Shown: piece by piece, positions 1 to 14,824 of the stretch
How the letters are laid out: each line of letters starts with the position of its first letter
Position numbering within the stretch: position 1 is the first letter of the stretch
NCBI GenBank assembly: GCA_964016885.1
Contig: OZ024741.1
Location: 83,328,001 to 83,392,000 of the forward strand
Direction: 5' to 3'
DNA from: Eledone cirrhosa
Lineage: Eukaryota
Length of the DNA: 64,000 nucleotides
The notes under the pieces: generated by a model
The model's database searches: none
The model's input: only the letters and a program-made list of their open reading frames with translations
What the model was told of the DNA's origin: nothing
Translations under genes and position numbers: made by a program

Positions 1-729
1 AAGGTGTTTCCTCAAAAACCAGTATGACTCTAAAAACCGGTTTGTCTGTGTGTTTACATACAGAATAGCTGGCCACTCACAGTAAAGTGATCAGTGAAAA
101 AAACTTGGTACATCTACATATATATACGTGTGTGTATTCATATACATACTAGTATTTCAGTATACATATATGGATGTACATCTTTGACTTAATTGTTTGA
201 GCGTCAGTCATACAAAAGTGAGTTACAAACGAAACGAAATTTAATTTCGTTTCGTTATTTGTTTTTATCGTCTCCGTTGAACCGGTACTTACTCACACTC
301 TATGCAAGTTGGTCTGCCCACTACTAATTTTCATAGAAAAAGCATATAGCGATATGTGCTTTTACGATTCTCTAGAGAGGCCGGAAGATAGGTAAATATT
401 GCTGATGAGTTGTAACAACAACGAAACTAGTTCAATATTCCTTGTCTGGCTTTCTGGAGAATAGAGGAAAGGTGTTTCCTCAAAAACCAGTATGACTCTA
501 AAAACCGGTTTGTCTGTGTGTTTACATACAGAATAGCTGGCCACTCACAGTAAAGTGATCAGTGAAAAAAACTTGGTACATCTACATATGTATACGTGTG
601 TGTATTCATATACATACTAGTATTTCAGTATACATATATGGATGTACATCTTTGACTTAATTGTTTGAGCGTCAGTCATACAAAAGTGAGTTACAAACGA
701 AACGAAATTTAATTTCGTTTCGTTATTTG

Positions 730-736
<7 letters not shown>
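1..736 (+). repeat. Direct repeat with 468-bp period (1-268 = 469-736), hammerhead in the unique part, ending in (TA)n; non-autonomous PLE/retrozyme-like element
   Basis: The two copies are identical by eye except a122/g590; the window starts inside the repeat. Confidence 0.85.
395..439 (+). ncRNA. Minimal type I hammerhead ribozyme
   Basis: aatattg-CTGATGA-gttg(taacaa)caac-GAAA-ctag-TT-caatatt: 7-bp stem I, G-C closed stem II, palindromic CTAG loop III. Confidence 0.85.
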
Positions 737-774
<38 letters not shown>

Positions 775-1492
775 TAAAGTATAGAAATTATTGTGAGCGT
801 GAAGCCAACAGTATTTCATAATATATATATACACACACACACACGTAGCTGTGACGTGTCATTGCTATTCTGAGCAACAAAAGAAGAACATACTGTCCGT
901 ACCATTCATGTTATATTAACCATCAACAGAGAGGCTTACTCCGTTTGGTTGATGAGACGAAATACTCTAAAATCTTTATCTGATGATGAAGTTTATTTGT
1001 ATAGAGAGCAAAAGCCTGCGGGCTCAAATTAATAAGCGGTAGCGCTTGTCTGATATAGGGTAGTTGATAGGTAACCGGGGTTATATAATAGATCATATGC
1101 AAAATGCTCATGGAATAAAACATCCTTCTAGCATGTTTATGTGTGTTTTGTGTATATGAGTGTATGTGTGCGTGTGTTTTGTGTATACATTAAACGTAGC
1201 ACTAACACAACGAGCTTAATTGTAGCGGTGAGTACGTAAACATAATCATGCATCTATATATAAGTTCCACGCCATGAATATTTTAAGCTGAGATCAGGAA
1301 ACGTCAGTTGAGCAGGTTCATTATACATAAAAATTTCGTATATTTCTCCATAGACAATCTTACTGCAAGCTACGCTATGTTAGTGATACTACTAACCAAT
1401 CCTAGACCACCAAGTTTACATTATATGCAAATGGACATCTCCAGCCGATGTTTTATACGTAATGTTGTAAATATTTAAATATATGAAGATTC

Positions 1493-1544
<52 letters not shown>

Positions 1545-1546
<2 letters not shown>

Positions 1547-2229
1547 CGTTTCTGAATTTGTTTAGCAAGATTCTTTATCTGAAAACGTGTGTTGAAACCG
1601 ATATTGTTATACTTTGGGAGGGTCATGTTGCCAGTAAGAAACACACGCACCAGCTGCTTTCACTTCAATTTATTATAATAAATTTATAAGTTGAGGAATT
1701 TATAAATTTCCGGTTGGTTGGTTGGTTCCACAACCGGATGGTTGTTTATATATTGTCAAAGTTCTTTCGTCACACATTATGTGACCTCTTCAGTGACTGG
1801 GATTCTTTTCTCTGTATTTGTGCCTCTACTTTGTGCTGTCCTGCGCCATTTTGATTCTGTGTGTGTGTTGTGTACTCCGTCTGCGCATGCGCCACATCCG
1901 GGTGTCTGTGTGTGTTTATATTCGTTTAATTATTTGTTTATTTACATGTTATAGGTTGGTTGTTTGTTCTATGTGCGTGTGTGTTTTCATGTTGTCCTTA
2001 ATTGTAAGTTGTGATGTTGCTGTTCCACTCGTGTTTTCTATTTAAGAGGTCACAGAATGTGTGACGAAAGAACTTTGACAATATATAAACAACCATCCGG
2101 TTGTGGAACCAACCAACCAACCGGAAATTTATAAATTCCTCAATTTATAAATTTATTATAATAAATTGAAGTGAAAGCAACTGGTGCGTGTGTTTCTTAC
2201 TGGCAGCATGACCCTCCCAAAATATAACA

Positions 2230-2233
<4 letters not shown>
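1545..2233. mobile_element. Family A PLE-derived foldback element (arms 1601-1790 / 2044-2233) between (TA)n tracts
   Basis: ~190-bp near-perfect inverted arms; head gtgttgaaac..tattgttata..gggagggtcatg recurs at ~28670, 33385, 41570 and 55180. Confidence 0.75.
1755..1797 (-). ncRNA. Minimal type I hammerhead-like motif
   Basis: Minus strand: gtca-CTGAAGA-g-gtcaca(taatg)tgtgac-GAAA-gaac-TT-tgac. Confidence 0.7.
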
Positions 2234-2321
<88 letters not shown>

Positions 2322-2961
2322 TATATATAATATATATCATAATAATAATTATTCAGGTAAATGAACAGTTATATATAACGAATATAATTGTGTCGTGTCT
2401 ATCTTATAATTATATATAGCGTAGGGTCTAGAACTGGATATCTATTGATGATTTGTAACGGTATGTCATACATTTGGATTATGAAAAGTTCTTCCTAAAA
2501 TTGGCCACGTCTGGCAAATTTAGTGAAGGGGATATGTGATTAGGGGCAGCTCAGTAATTAAATGTTACTTTATTTCAACGTCCCCAGATGAATAAAAAGA
2601 AAACTTATACTGAGCGTAATTTGAACTTGAAACATCAATACTAAATACCACAAAGAATATTGACCGATGCTCCGAAGACTGTGTGAAACAACCACCCATT
2701 TTGGATTAAAACCCAAAAAAAGTACCCATGACTCGCTAGGAGTGACGAAGCGGACAGAAGGTTAGAGTGTATGTTTCTTGCATGTATATGCGTGTGTCTT
2801 AGAAGCTCATTCTCTAAGTGAAGTACATTTCTTCGATGTGCGAGTTTGACTCTAAGTGCGTGTTGATTTAACTATGAATGTGTATATGTTCATGCGCCAA
2901 ATGTGTGAGCCATATATATATACATACATACGGGCAGACAGGCACGTACATACGCACACAC

Positions 2962-3011
<50 letters not shown>

Positions 3012-3051
3012 GATATTAAACAAATGGAAACTACATTTATAAAACCATATT

Positions 3052-3117
3052 TATTTCATTATATATATTTCAGGGATATCATATTAAAAATATGGTATGC
3101 CCTCTTCAGACAAAATA
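3052..3117 (-). ncRNA. Type I hammerhead (antisense copy of 3225-3290)
   Basis: Reverse complement of the 3225-3290 motif. Confidence 0.75.
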
Positions 3118-3224
3118 CAATATATAAACAGTTTTATAAATAAATTTGACAAAACAACTTTTTAAATGGAAGTTGTAAAGTTTTAAGGTAAGTCAAATTT
3201 ATTTATAAAACTGTTTATATATTG

Positions 3225-3290
3225 TATTTTGTCTGAAGAGGGCATACCATATTTTTAATATGATATCCCTGAAATATATATAATGAAATA
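3225..3290 (+). ncRNA. Type I hammerhead ribozyme, family B
   Basis: tattttgt-CTGAAGA-ggg..ccct-GAAA-tatata-TA-atgaaata; palindromic loop III. Confidence 0.75.
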
Positions 3291-3417
3291 AATATGGTTT
3301 TATAAATGTAGTTTCCATTTGTTTAATATCGTAAAATACTCCAAAACTTGTTGAGTGCTTTTATATCAGTTATAAAATATTTACTCGTTGTAACCCAACA
3401 ATTTTAAATAAAACTTT

Positions 3418-3457
<40 letters not shown>

Positions 3458-3708
3458 CAGGCAGAGACTACTCAGACATATGTACATGCATACAAACAGT
3501 GTGTGTATGTATATACATATAATTCTAATCAATATATATAGAAAGTAGAAAGAAACAAAAGTGTTATTATGTTGTATATAATTGCATCGTTTTCTGAATA
3601 CTTTTTCATCTGATGAAGGAAGTGATAAAAAATTAATCATGATAGACAGGATTCTCGCGTGCAAGTTCTGCTTCTTAGATGTATTCGAATATATAAATAT
3701 ATATCTGA

Positions 3709-3837
<129 letters not shown>

Positions 3838-4397
3838 TTACTCACACACGCATATATATAATAAGTGCGTGTATGTATGTATATGAATATATACATGTGG
3901 TGTATACATTGTACATGCCTCATTTATGATAACGTCTTTTCCTTTCAGCTTAATTATTAAGTGTTGTCATTTGACTGGAGTGTTCAATCAATCGTATCAT
4001 TTCTATTTCCTCGACAGGTTTGAATCATGTCATAATCTAGATATATATTTGGAAGCAATCGAACTTAGTCATTACTTCATATGGGACAATAGAAACAAAA
4101 GGAACAAAGCAAGTATTTTGTATCTAATATATTGTATTTAATGTGTTCATTGGTTGGTTTGTCCAGTTTCAATTTTAGCGAAAGAAAGTATTACCATATG
4201 GGTTGAATATACATACTAACCGTAATGATAGGTAAATAATCAAAAAGTGAGAGAGAGAGAATGAGAGGAAGGGGCATTTAGTAGGTCGCTGGAATTGCAT
4301 ACACAATGCAGAGGGTGTTGTAAATATGAGTGGTGGGTTTGAGAGTTAAGGATGGGAACAGAAGAGGAAAAACTACAATCATAGATTATTTTAACAT

Positions 4398-5315
4398 GTG
4401 GATTGGCAATATCGGTAGAGGTTCGAACACCACGCGTTGCAACATAGAGTTACGGCCCTCAAAGATCTGAGTTCAAATCCCGATGAGGTTAACTTTGCCT
4501 TTCATCATTATGGGGTCGATAAAATAAAGTACCAGTCACGACATTCCACTCCACCAAATTTGCTGGCCTTGTGCCTATATATAATAAACCAATATATATT
4601 AATATCTATATATTTCGGATGCAATATCAATTATCATATGATCCGTGGAAAACCTCGGAGAATGACGGACTGAAGTCTGCATGCTGGATTCAATCTCGTT
4701 CAAATTTCAACAGAGTCCAGCCGATATGTAAAAGGAAATTTATAAATATTGTAGCAGGCTCAGTTTTAGATTAGTAGCGGCAAAAGTTGGCTGGCCCTTT
4801 ATTTATTGTGCAGTCCAGTCTTTTCTGTCATTGTTGTATAGTGTGCATTGTATTTATTCATTATTATTATTCATTTTGTTTCTAATTTTTGGCACAAGGC
4901 CAGCAATTATCCCAGTGCATTACTGGTACTTTATTTTATCGACCTCGTATGGATGAAAGGCAAAGTTAACCTCGGCGGGATTTGATCTCAGAACATAATA
5001 ACACCGAGGTTAACTTTGTCTTTAATCCTTACGGGGTCGATAAAATAAAGTACCAGTAATGCACTGGGGTAATTGATGGCCTGGTGCCAAAAGTAGAAAC
5101 AATTATTATTTATTTACAAGGGTGGTTGATTGGCAGTATCGGTAGGGGGTCGGACGCCATGTTTTGTAGCATAGAGTTACGCTCCTTTAGATCTGAGTTC
5201 AAATCCCGCCGACGTTAACTTTGCCTTTCATCCTTATGGGGTCGATAAAATAAAGCACCAGTAATGCACTTGCATAAATGCCGGCCTTGTGCCAAAAAGT
5301 AGAAACAATTATTTA
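4398..5315. mobile_element. Cluster of tRNA-derived SINEs with Nin/Deu-like core (4398-4575 +, 4877-4993 -, 5003-5108 +, 5120-5315 +)
   Basis: A-box-like tggcagtatcgg, B-box gagttcaaatcc, core aactttgcctttcatcc..ggggtcgataaaataaagtaccag, tail ggccttgtgccaaaagtagaaac. Confidence 0.8.
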
Positions 5316-5766
5316 TTTACAAAACCGGGAAAAATTATCTATTAGGCCACGCTTTTTCCAATGAGTGTCGATCTTAAATATAACGTATTTTAATATTATG
5401 TTGATTTTCCTGTTGCATCTTTTCATATTAACCAACATAACTCTATCCAATAGTAATAAATATTAATAATTCAAGCTCAGCGAAAATAACTCAAATTTAG
5501 TAGTGAGCATTTAATCGAGTGGTATCTGTTTTATCGCGGGCAAGGCGGAATTTGAACTTCGGTATGAAGGAGCAGCAATTAAAAGCAAAAAATATATTTT
5601 GCTTCAAAATGAACTGTTGTTTTCATTTACCAAAGATATAGGCATTGGCAAGAAAAAATAATCTCTAAATGACTCTGAAAATGAGATTCATCTGAGATTA
5701 TTCACCCATTCACACACACACTCACATATCTACACACCTACATACCAACAGACATACACACATACA

Positions 5767-5843
<77 letters not shown>

Positions 5844-8139
5844 TCTGTCCACATGATGTCTGTATTATATATACTTCTATTATAGCAACAATTCCCATGT
5901 GTTAGGCGAGTGGTTAATTAAGCTGACGTTTAACCTTTTCTTAGATTTTATGACATTTTTTCAAGAACACAATTGACATAATTGAAATTAATTGCCTTAT
6001 AATGTTAATAACTAAAATCGACATTGCGCTGTTTAAAGATAATTTCTGGTATGTTTATTGCTTGTTCGATACTCACTCGCGCTTTTGAGGTAAATTGAAG
6101 ATCCAATTTAAATTTAGTTATCCGGCTATGCAAAGTGTGAGATTGTTAATATATTACTGGTGTTTCAATTGGTTAAATTGAATTTCTACTTTAATCTCTG
6201 ACTATACAAGAGAGGAGTCGGTCACCTGATCAAATCTACGAAATTATATTTCCATTGGCCTTTCTATTAGTTGTCCTTCCATTGGCCTTTCTATTTCTGG
6301 TCCTTTCATTGTCCAACTGTTGTCGTGATAATTGAATTAAGCATTACACTTAATTATTTAGTTTCTCTAATTTGTCACATCAGTGCAAAATATAGAGAGA
6401 GTTGGGTTAAAATCGATTAGCTATTTTAACTACGCTAATCCCCGGTCCAAATTTTCATCGCAGTAAACAGTTAATGTCAACATCTTATTCCATTTATTTT
6501 CTCCTGAAAACAAGGTCCTATCTTAGAAATACAATGAAATATAAAGTAATAGCGTTTTTCGTTTTATTTGTTCTTTTTTTTTACTTTACTCTAGTAATTA
6601 CTCTTGTCTGTATTTCCATTCTACTTTGTAACGGATTCTTCAAAACAATCGTAGCCATATGTGGAGACCCAATGTCCTGACAATTATAACGATGGTTACA
6701 TTTGTATTTCCAGGACGGATACGATTTGACGGTCGTAATGTATGGTAGGATACAGCAAAATATAAACACAAAAGGTATAGAACTTGATTAGATACGTTGG
6801 TTACATATTCTTATAAACATTTATCCCAATCCTCAATCCCTGAGACAAACCCCCAAACATCATCACAGTCTTGAATATATAATCAATTAGACCTACGAGG
6901 GGTATCAATGAATTAATTATAATAGCTACATTAAACTCTAACACAAAATTCTCCATATTATCAAATGTCGTGGTGATATAATCAATTGAATTAAGCTAAA
7001 TATAATACGGGTATTTCATATACATGTCTACCCATGTCTTTCCCCGAGGTCTAGACCATGGTGTGATTGATGTGGTGCTTATTAAACTTGGAATTCATTA
7101 AACTGACGTTCGCACGGAAATGGTTAATGTCATTTTACAAATTCTAAAAGACAATGTAAACCAAATGCAACGGACTTGACCTCATGTTCTATGCGATAGA
7201 AGTGTAACACCTTTGTTTTCCATCAATTTCATTCCTACATTTAATGGTATTGTGCATTTTAATGACTCCTTTACTGCCAAATTTAGTTCTCTTTTCGAAA
7301 CAGTTTGTCGGAGTTAATGGTATACTTGTGTTCGTAAAAGTGTCAGTGTATTTATACATGTATATGAAAAATATGTCATTTACCATTGTAGATAATTTGA
7401 AAGCGTCTACTTTAACAAACAATCTATATGAAATTGGTGTAATTAATATCTAGCGTAGGTGGGTTTCCACATCTTACATTGCAATAAATTCTGCCATATT
7501 AGATTTCGGTTCTGCTCTCATGCGCCATCATTGAATTTCCCAGGCGTTCGTTACGAATTATTTAATTGTACGAGCTCACATTGTAAAATTGAGGGATTGT
7601 GAAATACTAATTACATTTCAGCAATTACCGTATTTATAATTGCATTAACTTGCACAAAGTAAACACAATCTAGAATTAACCAGTTTGATGCTTGTTAATA
7701 GCACTGTATCAATTTTCAGTGAGGTGAGCATCCATGGAAATGTGTGAGTTAACCAGTAAATGTTATCGCATTATACATGTGATACTTTGGTTAAATAGAC
7801 GAACAAACCAACAAGCAAGACTACATTGTAAAATGTTGTTAAAACACTTTTGGTAAAATCGGGCAGTCATTTTAAAAACATTATAGATACAGCTATATAT
7901 TTGACTTCATATAATTGCAACAAATAAACTAGTATATTGTTTTCTTAATCAGATTTATTAATCAACATGTTTAAGATGTTTACTCCTGTTGTCTAGGAAA
8001 GGCGGATGAAGATTTAGATTCAAGATGGTAAATTCTATAACTTTCAATATCTAGATATCAATTTCTCTTCCTCTCACTACAAAGATACACCCACACACAC
8101 ACACCGGCGCACGCGCACGCCCATACGCTTACACACACA

Positions 8140-8217
<78 letters not shown>

Positions 8218-8620
8218 GTAAAAAGTATGACCCCGACGGCAGAGCTCAAGCCGTTTCGACGGCTATTTCTGGACTAAATTACAATTTTTAGCCTGGTAAA
8301 TAAATAGTCGAACTTGTCAAGAAGTACTTCCTTATATGGGAAGATTGTAGTTGTTGAGAGGGTTGGTCAAAATTTGTTGTAAACACAAATAAGTCTATCT
8401 CTGGCATTTGGTGGGGGGTAGGGGTGGCTGAACTTGCCTGTAGAACAATGAGGGAATGAGTGGAGCCGGTCAAGCGTTGAAAGTGAAATCTATACAGCAG
8501 ATTCTAAGGATAGTATGAGAAGTCGAAAAATTGTTCTGGAGAAAATGGAGGAGGGAGGTTGTAATAGGTAAGTCAAATGAGAGTAGGAGACAATAAAAAA
8601 TAATAGAAAGAAATATTTTA

Positions 8621-8625
<5 letters not shown>
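8218..8625 (-). mobile_element. Family C PLE terminal-repeat fragment
   Basis: Reverse complement is homologous to 53275-53690, which lies 3' of a GIY-YIG remnant; (TA)n on both sides. Confidence 0.7.
8230..8325 (-). ncRNA. Type I hammerhead with full stem III and U3-A8 core variant
   Basis: Minus strand: acttc-TTGACAA-g..cgacta...tagccgtc-GAAA-cggc(ttgagctct)gccg-TC-ggggt; GUC cleavage triplet. Confidence 0.7.
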
Positions 8626-8651
<26 letters not shown>

Positions 8652-8658
<7 letters not shown>

Positions 8659-9194
8659 TTAGTTAAGCAAACCAAGACCACAAATTTCATAAGGAAGACA
8701 TTATTAAAAGATTGTCAACATAGTTTTAGTTTAATGTAAGGAATGTAAAGAATAATAATAATAATAATAATAATGTCCGTTTACACTTGTTTCGCTACTC
8801 CATATAATGTTTCTGGATCAAATCATTTTAGATCATTGTTGATCTGGTTCAGTTGAAGATAATTAACTTAGGTAAAATTGGAGCAGTTCATCGGAACTTC
8901 AAAAGGAATATAAATTAATGTAACAAAAGATGGTTACATGGATGCAATGTTCCATATATCTTTTGTTACCTTAATTTATATTCCTTTTGAAGTTCCGATG
9001 AACTGCTCCAATTTTACCTAATTTAATTATCTTCAACTGAACCAGATCAATAATTATAATCGATAATCAATTATAATCAATAATCAATTATTATTATTTA
9101 CATTCCTTCCATTAAACTAAAACTATGTTGACAATCTTTTAATAATGTCTTCCTTGTGAAATTTGTGGTTTTGGTTTGATTAACTAATGAATAT
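8652..9194. repeat. ~540-bp foldback (palindromic) element
   Basis: atattcattagtt...aactaatgaatat outer arms; inner arms ~8839-8934 / 8958-9052; apex ~8935-8957. Confidence 0.8.
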
Positions 9195-9380
9195 TTCCAG
9201 CTCTGTGCGACTAACTTCTGCATGAACCCAGCCACCTAGCTGCTTTCCACTGCATATTGCACATTGAGCACATGCCTTTCGGCTTTGGCTTCTAACTAAT
9301 TCACCAATCTCTCCTCTCCTATCTCCTATCCTATCTCCATCTCTCTCTTTAAGATTGGTTATTCTTGAACTGTGTATATG

Positions 9381-9441
<61 letters not shown>

Positions 9442-9658
9442 TATGTCTTCTGAATCCGCCACCAGACGCAATTTGAACCAAACTCACTGCAATATATATA
9501 TATAAGTATGTACACGTACATACATATATGTTTACAGACGCACAGCAGTATGTATATATCTATACATACATGCACACATACATAAATGGACGCATGGATT
9601 CACCGATCATTTATTATAATGCTCGGTGTGTTTGTAAACAAACATCCCGTATTAAGCC

Positions 9659-9727
<69 letters not shown>

Positions 9728-9931
9728 AAAAAGTATGACCCCAGCGGCAGAGCTCAGGCTTGTAGCTGGACATTAACCCTGACTTTTCTTCTTCTTCCTT
9801 TTCTTCCTTCCCCCTTCTTCTCTCTTCTTTCCTTTTTCTTGTGGCACGATATTAACGATCACTTATGTCCTCTCCCTTTCTGTTTTCCTCTAGTTGACTG
9901 GTAGTAGCACACTATAAGCTTTAGCCACGTC

Positions 9932-11378
<1,447 letters not shown>

Positions 11379-11689
11379 TGCAAACGAATCGAATGTTGTT
11401 ATTGTACGAAAAACTCAGATTACATTTATTGTATTAAGCCATGTAGAGCGAAAATATATACATATATGTATATATATAATCATTATGTACATTATGTACA
11501 TATATAATCATTCTATAATACAACTACCTCAAAATAAATCTATGTACACAGATTGGATACAATAACGAACGCACACATTAAATAGCAGCATTAGATATAT
11601 ATATACACACATGTACATATATATATATATATTTTTTTTAAATATATAGGTGTAACACTCGAGTTGTGATATATTAGTAAAAGGAGAAG

Positions 11690-14116
11690 AAAATGCTGAC
11701 AAATTTTTCCCAGTCTAAAATAATTTAATTAGGAATAATTATAAATTAGTAATAAGTATTGGTTAGTATTCAGTTTTGGTTTTAAGGTTTTACCGATTGC
11801 GCATTTCTAATGCTTTTCAAAAATAATTTTGAGATAGAGCGCCCGTGATGTTTGCTCTAATCTGATCAGTTTTGGAAATTCTTCCTCTTTTATGTGAAAC
11901 AAGTTGCTCCAGAGGTATTAAGATTTGGTTGGTTGTTGAATGTCACGTGAATGAGTTCTATAAATTTCGCGCCAATTCGTGTTACAAAAATTCTTCTAGT
12001 CAAAACAATTATAATTGGTCGGTAGAGGTCACGTGAATGTTAAAAATTGAGTTTGCGCCAAATGTAGGTTTGTCGAAGTGTGTCCTTTTTCGCCTGATCG
12101 AGAAGTCATTGAAAAATAAGTATTTTAAGACAAATACGTGTGTGTGTGTAGTAAAGAGGTTCATTGTTGTGGTAATGGTCAGTAAGGATGTGTGTGTGAA
12201 TTGCAGTCATGTTGAAAGGTCAACAGTTCAGGTGTCTATTAAGACAAATATATATAAATATATGTGTGTGTGTGTGTGTGTAGCAGAGTGGTTCGTGGTA
12301 GAGGGATTCGGTCAGTAGGAATGTATCTGTACGTGTGTGGGGGATATGTTAACATGTTGAAAGATATTTTTCTGCTCTTGTCTTATACGGAGAAGTGTGT
12401 GTGTGTGTGTATGTCTGTTTGTATGTTAGTGTACGCGTGTGTATGTGTGTGTGTATATATGTGTGTGTGAGTGTATATGTGTGTATGTGTATGTGTGTGT
12501 GTGTGTGTGTGCGTGTGAATGGACCAGTATTTTTGTGATACTGGTAAAAATGGTGTACATTTTTCGATATTTTCAGTAATTTGCAAAAACGATCCTCTCA
12601 AAAGAACATCAAAAACATTAATAATGAAAGGGGTGAAATGATGTATAGTATTGTCATAACACCAAGGTGTGTGTGAGTGTCCAAATTGTACGTGCTGCAA
12701 GGGGAATCCATTAGGCCCTGCTGTATGGGAATACTTGTGTACAAATATATATGTGCCCATCAGTGTGCAATGCATGTGTGCGCATATGTATGTGTGTGTG
12801 TCGGCACGTTTATATCTATAGACATCAAAAGGTATGCAAATTTGTGTATATTTGTGTTGCACCATAGAACATGTGTGTTTACGTATGTCATTGTGTTTAT
12901 ATGTGGATAGAAATGTATGTAGGATGTATGCTGATTTAGGTATGTATGTTGACGTGTGTATGTTGTGGGTTCGTCTTAGGGAGAAGTGTTTAGACGGGGT
13001 CCGTATTTGTTAATAAAGTGAGATTGCTTGCTGATGCGCTGGGTGTGGGTGGCATTATCTTTAAATTTGTAGAGGGGAAAGATTTTAAAGTTGGGATGAT
13101 TTTGGGCGGGACTGGTATCAATGTTTTCACTTAGTGGTATTTTTCTGTATTCCCGTATTTTAATTTGGGATCTATGGACAGTCATGCGTTGGTGGGGCTG
13201 TTTTTAGTCTGGCCTATGTATTGTTCTCGATAACCTGAGCAAGTTAATACATATAGTAGATTTTCTGATGCGCATGTGAAATTGTGATTTACTATAAAAC
13301 GTTGTCCTTCTTTGAAATAGAATTCCGAACCATCTATTAGGTTGATGCATATGCCACAGTTGAGTCCATCGCATTTTTTTACTGTGGGTTTCGTTGTTGT
13401 GGTTGGTAGTACTTTGGCATGTGTTAGGATGTTTATCATTGACTTAGATTGTCTTTTTCTCTTTATGATATCGTGTGTTCGAAGGATTTGGTTCATTCTA
13501 TGGTCCTTTTTTAACACAGGGATGTTCTGGAGGATGGTGTCAAAGGCCTCATTGTTGAAGGGGGTTGTGTGTGGAGATGTATGGAATAGCTTTTAGTTTC
13601 GGTTGATTTACTTTAGGGTGTCTAAGGTCCTGGGTACTGACTTTTAGGGCACGTTGGATTCCATTGTCAATTAGTGATGCAGGGTCGTCCCTGCCTATGA
13701 GTGTGTCCTTTAGTTCTTGTAGCTGTAAGTAAGAGGTGTTTTTATTGGAGACTATAGTACAGATTCACTTGGCTAAGTTGTAGGGAATATTAATTTTAAC
13801 GTTTCTAGGGTGGCAAGAGTTGAAAGGAAGATATTGCTTAGAGTCTGTGGGCTTGTAGTATATGTCTGTTTCTATTATATTGTTATGAATCTTAAAGAGA
13901 ATGTTGAGGAAGGGGATTGTTGATGGCTGTATTCCATCTTAAAGTTAATATTCGTGTTGAGCCCATTTATAAGGGTGTGAAATTCTTTAAGTTTCTCGAT
14001 GTGTTCGTGCCAAAGGATGAAGCAGTCATCTAGATATCGCTTCCAGTTCTTTTCTATGTGTAAGTGGAGAGTTTTCCACTCTGCTACACACACACACACA
14101 CACACACAGACACACG

Positions 14117-14213
<97 letters not shown>

Positions 14214-14783
14214 TTGTCTTAATAGACACCTGTTCTGTTGATCTTTCAACATGACTGCAATTCACACACACATCCCTACTGACCATTATCACAACAATGA
14301 ACCTCTTTACTACACACACACACATATTTGTCTGAAAAGACTTATTTTTCAGTGACTTCTCAAACAGGCGAAAAAGGACACTCTTAGACAAACCTATATT
14401 TGGCGCAAAATCAATTTTTAACATTCACGTGACCTCTACCGACCAATAAAAATTGTTATGACTACAAGAATTTTTGCAATACGAATTGGCGCGAAATTTA
14501 TAGTACTCATTCACGTGACATTCAACAACCAACCAAATCTTAATACCTCTTGAGCCACTTTTTTCACATAAAAGATGAAGAATTTCCAAAACTGATCAGA
14601 TTAGAGCAAACATCACGGGCGCTCTATCTCAAAATTATTTTTGAAAAGCATTAGAAATGCGCAACCGGTAAAAACTAAAAACTGAAACTGAATACTAACC
14701 AATACTTATTACTAATTTATACTTATTCCTAATTAAACTATTTTTCAGTGGGAAAAAATTGTCATCATTTTCTTTTCCTTTTA

Positions 14784-14790
<7 letters not shown>
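11690..14790 (-). mobile_element. 5'-truncated Penelope-like element (Neptune-type) with inverted pLTR (11690-12292 / 14078-14790)
   Basis: RT motifs WKRYLDDCF and YYKPTDSKQYLPFNSCHP; linker CDGLNCGIC; GIY-YIG FTCASENLLY..QYIGQT..RMTVHRSQI; ~600-bp inverted terminal copy. Confidence 0.9.
12976..14075 (-). pseudogene. Frameshifted PLE RT C-terminus plus GIY-YIG endonuclease
   Basis: ORF pieces 13875-14075, 13182-13517 and 12976-13185 carry the motifs; stops and frameshifts lie between them. Confidence 0.85.

Positions 14791-14819
<29 letters not shown>

Positions 14820-14824
<5 letters not shown>

Larger units (their letters stand above)
3011..3415. mobile_element. Family B foldback element (arms 3011-3150 / 3192-3331 plus 3' tail) between (TA)n tracts
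   Basis: 140-bp inverted arms identical by eye; tail ttgttgagtgct..atcagttataaa shared with ~44500 and, in reverse, ~32600. Confidence 0.8.

Noticed and set aside
944-990. ttgatgagacgaaa and ctgatga as hammerheads
   Set aside because: The first has no stem II and the second has no downstream GAAA or stem I
3606-3642. tcat-CTGATGA...ttaa-TC-atga
   Set aside because: It lacks GAAA and stem II pairing; at best a relic
6000-7800. Possible host exons or TE coding remnant in the microsatellite-poor stretch
   Set aside because: No recognisable protein motif or convincing splice structure by eye
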